Source of the DNA: Ostreococcus lucimarinus
Lineage: Eukaryota
DNA: 64,000 nucleotides
Assembly (NCBI GenBank): GCA_000092065.1
Contig: CP000591.1
Strand: one strand, 5' to 3'
Position 1 is the stretch's first letter. Each line of letters opens with the position of its first letter. This document shows, in pieces, positions 1-9,000 of this stretch. The position numbers were made by a program, and so were the translations under genes. The notes beneath the pieces were generated by a model, which saw only the letters and a program-made list of their open reading frames with translations, did no database searches and was not told the origin of the DNA.

Positions 1-3000
1 GCGGCGGCGATTGGTTCGAGCTCGGTGATCTTTGGTACCGCTTTGGCGCTGAAAGTGATTCCGAGGCCGATGATGCAAGTGTTGGCCATCTTGCTCGCGT
101 CGACGGTGGCGCCGCTGTTGGGCGTATACGTCGAAGAGTTGCGTTTGCACCGTACGTCGACGAGGCGTACGAGACTGATGATATTGTCGGACTGCTCGCT
201 TTACGGTTCGTGGGACGCCGTCGCCGGCACTGTGGCGTGGGCATGCGCCTTCAACCAGTCCGCTGACGCCTTCGGCCCCGCGCTAGCGCAGAGTTCATTT
301 GTCGCGTTTATCGTCGCCGCCGCGTGTCGTTGGATGCGAGCCATGTACGTATTGTACGTTATCGATCACTGGATCATTCAGACGGTCGCCGCGATGTCGC
401 AAGAGTTCACAGAGACGGTGTCGCGAGCGACCGTTGTCGTTATGGAAGAAGTTTCGCGAGCGCCGATCGTCGTTAAGGAAACAGTTTCGCGAGTTTCTGT
501 CGCGATTGCGGAAACGGTGACCCAAACGCCCGACGTGGTTTCGCACAATGACGAATCTCCGCAACCAGTCGCAGAGCCGAAGATGCACGAACGCTCGGAC
601 AATAACGAAGCCGCCGTCGCGAGCGTAAAAATGCGGGTTGCGAGAGAACCTCAGCCAGTTGTCATGGAGTCGGCGCCTTCATCCGACGCCGCGCCTGTAG
701 CAGGCGAAAGCGTGAGTGTCACTCAGCAGCCCGATGAACGGCGTATTGAGTACGCGCCTCCGTATACCGCGGTAATTCGTGAGCAGGATCCTCGTCCAGA
801 ACCGCCGCGTGTCGTATACGCGCCCGCGTTTGTCGTGGTGGAAGAGGCATCGACGTCGTCTTCTACGGAATCCGACGTCACTCAACCGCTCGAGTCAAAG
901 CGTCGCCGTCGACAGCGGAAGCGACAGTATCGCCGCCGTGAGTCGCTGGCGAAGAATACTATAGACATGAGCGAGATTGTGTCGAAAGAAGTTAACATAG
1001 CGCTGAACATGGGCGTTTCGATTGAGGCGGAGCTTCAGCGCATGTTGGATCGACGTCAATCGACGCTGAACGACATGAAAAACCAGCAAGCGAATCCAAT
1101 TTCTATCGCGCAAGTGGAAGCGGATATTGCCGCGCTGCGTGCTGAGCTGAGACGAGCCACGACATCACGCGAACAATTTCAACGAGCTCAAACGTCGTAT
1201 GAGAGCGATCTAGAGATGTGGATGGAATCGATACGCGCGGCGGCGGCGGTCTCGCGATTGGACTACGCAATCGATTCACTAAAAAACGCATCGGTCGCCG
1301 ACGACCCGCAGGTCAAGGAACTCATTGATCAAAGGGCTGTTTGGGGGTTGCGTTTGGTCAGCTCTCAAATATTTACGATTGTTGAATTGCAGGATTCACT
1401 TGACTCTGGGGAAGCACGTTCTTCCGCGCGCATAGCAGAATTACGAGGAGCTATAGAAAGTTTGGAGCTCAAATTGACTCGTTTGCAAGAAGAAAAGACG
1501 CAGAGCGTCGATAACCGTATTCTTTTGGAGGATCGTCTGCAGAAATTGAATCTTGAAATCGATTCTGTTCGGGAAAGAGAGCGCGTTGCGCAAGAAGACT
1601 GGCAAAGAGAGCGCCTGCGCCTGGAAGTTGAGCTCGAAGCTTCAGTCAAGGAACTTCAAACTGCCACGAGAACCGTCGACGACGCTCTCAAGGCGAAGTT
1701 AGAACTCCTTGCTAAGCTGCAGACCGCTCAAGATCAGAGCGACACTGATGCAGAGGCGATTCGGCGTCTCGAACATGAAACTGAAACTCTGCAAACGAAG
1801 CTCAAGTCCCTCACCGAGCAGCTATCTGTCGCAAATGCTAGTGTTGAACAAATCAATTCGCGTCGATTTGACTTAGAATCGCAACTGCGAGCAAAGGCAA
1901 CTGAGTTAGACTTGGCAAACGCCAATCGTGCCGATACTTCATTAGTTGAAGAGCTGAGGCGTCAAGTGAAGAATCTATCTACGGAGATCTGTTGGCTCAG
2001 AGATCAAAAATCGAGAGAAGGAAGCGAAGCAGAAGCAGTACTTCAAAAGCAACTCGCAGAGGCTCGTACGCAACTCGAAATCCAGCGAAATGAATTAGAA
2101 ATCGAAGCCAAGGCTGAAATTTCCGAATTGAAGCGATCCATGGATGTTATCCGCGAGGAGATGGAACGTCTAACGTCGGAGATGTCAGAGAAGACTGAAA
2201 AGAGTTTAGAGTATCAACGAATAGTTCAAGAGCGTCAAAAAGAGATTGAAAGTCTTACGAAAAACAAAGAGTTGGCCGCTCGCGCAATCGATGAGTCAAA
2301 GAAAAACTTGGCTCAGGCTCAGGAAGCGCTGGAGACGAAGCAAAAAGCACTAGATGACCGTGTTTCTCAGGTTGCAAGCTTATCTTTGGATCTTGCAGCG
2401 AGTGAGGAGAAAACGCTCACTCTTGAGCGCGAACTCTCAGCATCATGTCAACGCTCACAAGAGCTCGAAGAACTCATCTCCAGTCTTCGCTCGTACTCAG
2501 AATCACGCGATGCCTTGCTTGCTGACATAGATTTACTTCTCGGCAACGAAAACGACGAGCGCGAAGCGATGTTACGAGGCAGTAAGAACGCATCTGACCT
2601 CGTTGAGCGCATACAGAAACGTCTTCGAAGAGAAGTTGTCCTCGAGAAGAAGCTTGACCAAGCTCAGCTGCTCGAACAGGTAGGTCTCACAGTCGAAGAA
2701 TTGAAAACACGTGAAGCCGCATCACTTTGGTGGAAGGATCTAGTTCAAATTGGTTCTAAGGCTCTGGAAACGATTCAGAGCACCGCAGTGGATCTATCTA
2801 AGGGGACAGTCACGGCTTCATTGTTAGAGCGATCGATCAGTCTACGAGCGAAAGAGCTGCAGAATATCACCAGCGAACCGCAATACCAGAGATTGCAAAA
2901 AAGCTTCAATGATCTGAAGCGTCTTTCCGAAGCCGCAGAGCGAAAGTTGCAAGAAAAAGAGCGAAAGATAAAATCATTGAAGGCCGATAGCAAAGAGTCA

Positions 3001-6000
3001 GCTGCGGAATTGAAGGCGCTTACCTCAGAATTGGCCTCCGTGAAAGAAGATCTTAAATACATCAGAGATATTGCAAAAGAAGAGCGTGATGAACAGATTC
3101 AGCGCATAGAATCTCTCATGTTAGAGGTTGATTCATTCGAAAACGCCAAATTTGATGGTGAAGAGGCAGTACGCTTTAGAAACGAAGCAGCGAAGCTTCG
3201 AGGGATGAAAATTCGGTTGGAAGCTGAGCTCAAGTTGAGTCAAGATCTCGCAGAGACAGCGAGCAGCGAACTGGCTCGAGCTCGCGAAGAGCACGATGTC
3301 GTCATCACGCAGTTGAGTGAAGAAATAGCAGCTCTTGAACTCGACATCACAGTTAAATCTGAAGCGATCGAAAAGTTGGAGTCAAAGACGAATAATATTG
3401 AGGTCAAGTTGGGCTCCGATCTTGAGAGCGCGTTAGCAAAACTGAACACCACGCTCGAAGAACTCGATAAAAAGTCCACGGATTTTGCATCTCTTGAAAG
3501 CGCATCGGTTGAACAAAAGCGAAACTTTGAGAAGCACGTGGACGAGCTTGAAAAGCGCCTGGGTGCTTCCGAGGCTGAAGTGCAAAGATTGATACAAGAT
3601 AGAGATCTGGCTATTGAGGCCAAAGACAACGAAATGGTTTCGAAAATTCTTTCGCAGTCCGCTATCGTGTCCGATCTCGAGTCTGAGCGCGACGCGCTGC
3701 GTTCGCAGCTCGCCGACCTTTCGTCCGCTCGCGACTCTGAGCTGGCGTCTGTGCGCGCGGATCTTGAGTCCCAGCTTCGCGAGCGCGAGGAGGACATCGA
3801 GCGCGTGCGTTCTGAGCTCGACGAGTCCAAGGCGGCACTTGAGTCTGAGCGCGACGCGCTGCAGTCGGAGCTCGAGCGCGTGCTTTCTCAGGTGCCCGAG
3901 GTTGACGCGTCGCAGTCCGCTATCGTGTCCGATCTCGAGTCTGAGCGCGACGCGCTGCGTTCGCAGCTCGCCGACCTTTCGTCCGCTCGCGACTCTGAGT
4001 TGGCGTCTGTGCGCGCGGATCTTGAGTCCCAGCTTCGCGAGCGCGAGGAGGACATCGAGCGCGTGCGTTCTGAGCTCGACGAGTCCAAGGCGGCACTTGA
4101 GTCTGAGCGCGACGCGCTGCAGTCGGAGCTCGAGCGCGTGCTTTCTCAGGTGCCCGAGGTTGACGCGTCGCAGTCCGCTGCCGTGTCCGATCTCGAGTCT
4201 GAGCGCGACGCGCTGCGTTCGCAGCTCGCCGACCTTTCGTCCGCTCGCGACTCTGAGTTGGCGTCTGTGCGCGCGGATCTTGAGTCCCAGCTTCGCGAGC
4301 GCGAGGAGGACATCGAGCGCGTGCGTTCTGAGCTCGACGAGTCCAAGGCGGCACTTGAGTCTGAGCGCGACGCGCTGCAGTCGGAGCTCGAGCGCGTGCT
4401 TTCTCAGGTGCCCGAGGTTGACGCGTCGCAGTCCGCTATCGTGTCCGATCTCGAGTCTGAGCGCGACGCGCTGCGTTCGCAGCTCGCCGACCTTTCGTCC
4501 GCTCGCGACTCTGAGTTGGCGTCTGTGCGCGCGGATCTTGAGTCCCAGCTTCGCGAGCGCGAGGAGGACATCGAGCGCGTGCGTTCTGAGCTCGACGAGT
4601 CCAAGGCGGCACTTGAGTCTGAGCGCGACGCGCTGCAGTCGGAGCTCGAGCGCGTGCTTTCTCAGGTGCCCGAGGTTGACGCGTCGCAGTCCGCTGCCGT
4701 GTCCGATCTCGAGTCTGAGCGCGACGCGCTGCGTTCGCAGCTCGCCGACCTTTCGTCCGCTCGCGACTCTGAGTTGGCGTCTGTGCGCGCGGATCTTGAG
4801 TCCCAGCTTCGCGAGCGCGAGGAGGACATCGAGCGCGTGCGTTCTGAGCTCGACGAGTCCAAGGCGGCACTTGAGTCTGAGCGCGACGCGCTGCAGTCGG
4901 AGCTCGAGCGCGTGCTTTCTCAGGTGCCCGAGGTTGACGCGTCGCAGTCCGCTATCGTGTCCGATCTCGAGTCTGAGCGCGACGCGCTGCGTTCGCAGCT
5001 CGCCGACCTTTCGTCCGCTCGCGACTCTGAGTTGGCGTCTGTGCGCGCGGATCTTGAGTCCCAGCTTCGCGAGCGCGAGGAGGACATCGAGCGCGTGCGT
5101 TCTGAGCTCGACGAGTCCAAGGCGGCACTTGAGTCTGAGCGCGACGCGCTGCAGTCGGAGCTCGAGCGCGTGCTTTCTCAGGTGCCCGAGGTTGACGCGT
5201 CGCAGTCCGCTGCCGTGTCCGATCTCGAGTCTGAGCGCGACGCGCTGCGTTCGCAGCTCGCCGACCTTTCGTCCGCTCGCGACTCTGAGTTGGCGTCTGT
5301 GCGCGCGGATCTTGAGTCCCAGCTTCGCGAGCGCGAGGAGGACATCGAGCGCGTGCGTTCTGAGCTCGACGAGTCCAAGGCGGCACTTGAGTCTGAGCGC
5401 GACGCGCTGCAGTCGGAGCTCGAGCGCGTGCTTTCTCAGGTGCCCGAGGTTGACGCGTCGCAGTCCGCTGCCGTGTCCGATCTCGAGTCTGAGCGCGACG
5501 CGCTGCGTTCGCAGCTCGCCGACCTTTCGTCCGCTCGCGACTCTGAGTTGGCGTCTGTGCGCGCGGATCTTGAGTCCCAGCTTCGCGAGCGCGAGGAGGA
5601 CATCGAGCGCGTGCGTTCTGAGCTCGACGAGTCCAAGGCGGCACTTGAGTCTGAGCGCGACGCGCTGCAGTCGGAGCTCGAGCGCGTGCTTTCTCAGGTG
5701 CCCGAGGTTGACGCGTCGCAGTCCGCTGCCGTGTCCGATCTCGAGTCTGAGCGCGACGCGCTGCGTTCGCAGCTCGCCGACCTTTCGTCCGCTCGCGACT
5801 CTGAGTTGGCGTCTGTGCGCGCGGATCTTGAGTCCCAGCTTCGCGAGCGCGAGGAGGACATCGAGCGCGTGCGTTCTGAGCTCGACGAGTCCAAGGCGGC
5901 ACTTGAGTCTGAGCGCGACGCGCTGCAGTCGGAGCTCGAGCGCGTGCTTTCTCAGGTGCCCGAGGTTGACGCGTCGCAGTCCGCTGCCATGTCCGATCTC

Positions 6001-9000
6001 GAGTCTGAGCGCGACGCGCTGCGTTCGCAGCTCTCTGAGCTTCGTCAAATGTCCTCCGAATCCATCGCAGGACTCCAGCAGCAATTAGTCGCATTTTCGG
6101 CGGAGGCGGACTCTGCGGCTTCCTTGAGAAAAACAGTTAAAGAGTTGAAGGCAACTATCAGACAGCGCGAAAATTTGCTTTCTGAAACGGTGTTCGATCC
6201 GATGTTGAATGATGACTTGGACCGTATGAACGATGAGCTTGCATCGAAGAGTGCGGAACTAGATTCTGCACGGACGAAGTTGCAGTCGACTCTTAATAAG
6301 TTAAAAGAACGCGAGGAGCAGGCTGAATCTTCGCAAGCTGTTGCAAGTGCTGTCATAGATGAGATCCGCGCCGAGCTTTTGAATGCAAACGAAAAGTTGG
6401 CTGCTCGTGAGTCATACGCCAACGCTGTTGAGTTGGCGCTGCGGTCAGAACTCACAGAAAGAGAGAAAGAAATTGCGCTTTTGCGTGTCAAGGTAGCTAA
6501 AATTCTCGATGACAGCACGAACAAGCAGACAAGTCTCACCACTGCGCTCGATTCTGCGCAGTCTGAGATTGAGCGCCTCACTCGCGAGCTCGAGGATGTT
6601 GAGCAGAGCAAGCAAGTGGCCATGAAGGAGTCATTTGAGCGCAACGAATCGCAGATTGCGTCTCTGAACGCCGCGCACCGCGAGTTGGATCAGCGCCTGC
6701 GAGACGAGCTCGACGCGGCGCTCAAAGCGAAGGCAAGTCTTGAGAAGGAGCTCAGCGACCGCGCGGAATCCACCGCTGCTACCGAAACAGCGAAGCGCAA
6801 CGCCGAAGCACTGAGCGAAAGCTTGCAATCGCAGCTTGATGCACTGTCCACGCAGCGTGCTGAGCTCGAGCAGCGGCTGGTCAAGCGCGAGGAGGAGCTC
6901 GTCGCTGAGCTTGACGCAGCCAAGCATGAAGCCACAGCGCAGGCCGCACGTTTTGCACAACTTGGCGAGGCGGCCTCAGATCACGCACACGACGAGGTTG
7001 ATAAACTTAAGTCCGAAGTGGAACGACTCGAGTTTGAGCTCGGCGCTGTGAAAAACGAGCTGACAAGCGCGACGTCGACTGCGAAAGCGGACATTGCGAG
7101 GCTTACGGATGAACTTGCAAGCGCCAGCGCCGCGCGAGACGCCGTGGCTGAAACCGCTCATCCAGAAGAAGACGGGTCATCGGAGTCCGCATCGGCGTTC
7201 GAAGCCATGAGACGCGACATGACTCGTCTCGAGTCGGAGCTTGCCGCCGCTCTCGCGGAGCTTGCGGAGCTCGAATCGCCTCGCGAGTCAGAGTCCTCAG
7301 ATACTGAAGCTATTCGCGAGTTCACCACTGCGCTCGATTCTGCGCAGTCTGAGATTGAGCGCCTCACTCGCGAGCTCGAGGATGTTGAGCAGAGCAAGCA
7401 AGTGGCCATGAAGGAGTCATTTGAGCGCAACGAATCGCAGATTGCGTCTCTGAACGCCGCGCACCGCGAGTTGGATCAGCGCCTGCGAGACGAGCTCGAC
7501 GCGGCGCTCAAAGCGAAGGCAAGTCTTGAGGAGCGCAGCGACCGCGCGGAATCCACCGCTGCTACCGAAACAGCGAAGCGCAACGCCGAAGCACTGAGCG
7601 AAAGCTTGCAATCGCAGCTTGATGCACTGTCCACGCAGCGTGCTGAGCTCGAGCAGCGGCTAGTCAAGCGCGAGGAGGAGCTCGTCGCTGAGCTTGACGC
7701 AGCCAAGCATGAAGCCACAGCGCAGGCCGCACGTTTTGCACAACTTGGCGAGGCGGCCTCAGATCACGCACACGACGAGGTTGATAAACTTAAGTCCGAA
7801 GTGGAACGACTCGAGTTTGAGCTCGGCGCTGTGAAAAACGAGCTGACAAGCGCGACGTCGACTGCGAAAGCGGACATTGCGAGGCTTACGGATGAACTTG
7901 CAAGCGCCAGCGCCGCGCGAGACGCCGTGGCTGAAACCGCTCATCCAGAAGAAGACGGGTCATCGGAGTCCGCATCGGCGTTCGAAGCCATGAGACGCGA
8001 CATGACTCGTCTCGAGTCGGAGCTTGCCGCCGCTCTCGCGGAGCTTGCGGAGCTCGAATCGCCTCGCGAGTCAGAGTCCTCAGATACTGAAGCTATTCGC
8101 GAGTTCACCACTGCGCTCGATTCTGCGCAGTCTGAGATTGAGCGCCTCACTCGCGAGCTCGAGGATGTTGAGCAGAGCAAGCAAGTGGCCATGAAGGAGT
8201 CATTTGAGCGCAACGAATCGCAGATTGCGTCTCTGAACGCCGCGCACCGCGAGTTGGATCAGCGCCTGCGAGACGAGCTCGACGCGGCGCTCAAAGCGAA
8301 GGCAAGTCTTGAGAAGGAGCGCAGCGACCGCGCGGAATCCACCGCTGCTACCGAAACAGCGAAGCGCAACGCCGAAGCACTGAGCGAAAGCTTGCAATCG
8401 CAGCTTGATGCACTGTCCACGCAGCGTGCTGAGCTCGAGCAGCGGCTAGTCAAGCGCGAGGAGGAGCTCGTCGCTGAGCTTGACGCAGCCAAGCATGAAG
8501 CCACAGCGCAGGCCGCACGTTTTGCACAACTTGGCGAGGCGGCCTCAGATCACGCACACGACGAGGTTGATAAACTTAAGTCCGAAGTGGAACGACTCGA
8601 GTTTGAGCTCGGCGCTGTGAAAAACGAGCTGACAAGCGCGACGTCGACTGCGAAAGCGGACATTGCGAGGCTTACGGATGAACTTGCAAGCGCCAGCGCC
8701 GCGCGAGACGCCGTGGCTGAAACCGCTCATCCAGAAGAAGACGGGTCATCGGAGTCTGCATCGGCGTTCGAAGCCATGAGACGCGACATGACTCGTCTCG
8801 AGTCGGAGCTTGCCGCCGCTCTCGCGGAGCTTGCGGAGCTCGAATCGCCTCGCGAGTCAGAGTCCTCAGATACTGAAGCTATTCGCGAGTTCACCACTGC
8901 GCTCGATTCTGCGCAGTCTGAGATTGAGCGCCTCACTCGCGAGCTCGAGGATGTTGAGCAGAGCAAGCAAGTGGCCATGAAGGAGTCATTTGAGCGCAAC

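Noticed and set aside
3433-6094. Long antisense and alternative-frame ORFs through repeat-A array 1 (883-aa and 380-aa minus-strand ORFs, an 824-aa plus-frame ORF, and many 66-aa MDSSSSERTR... ORFs)
   Set aside because: The GC-rich periodic repeat has no stop codons in several frames. The translations are monotonous R/A/S/P/L low-complexity with no protein-like composition. The sense frame 1 encodes a coherent coiled coil continuous with flanking unique sequence.
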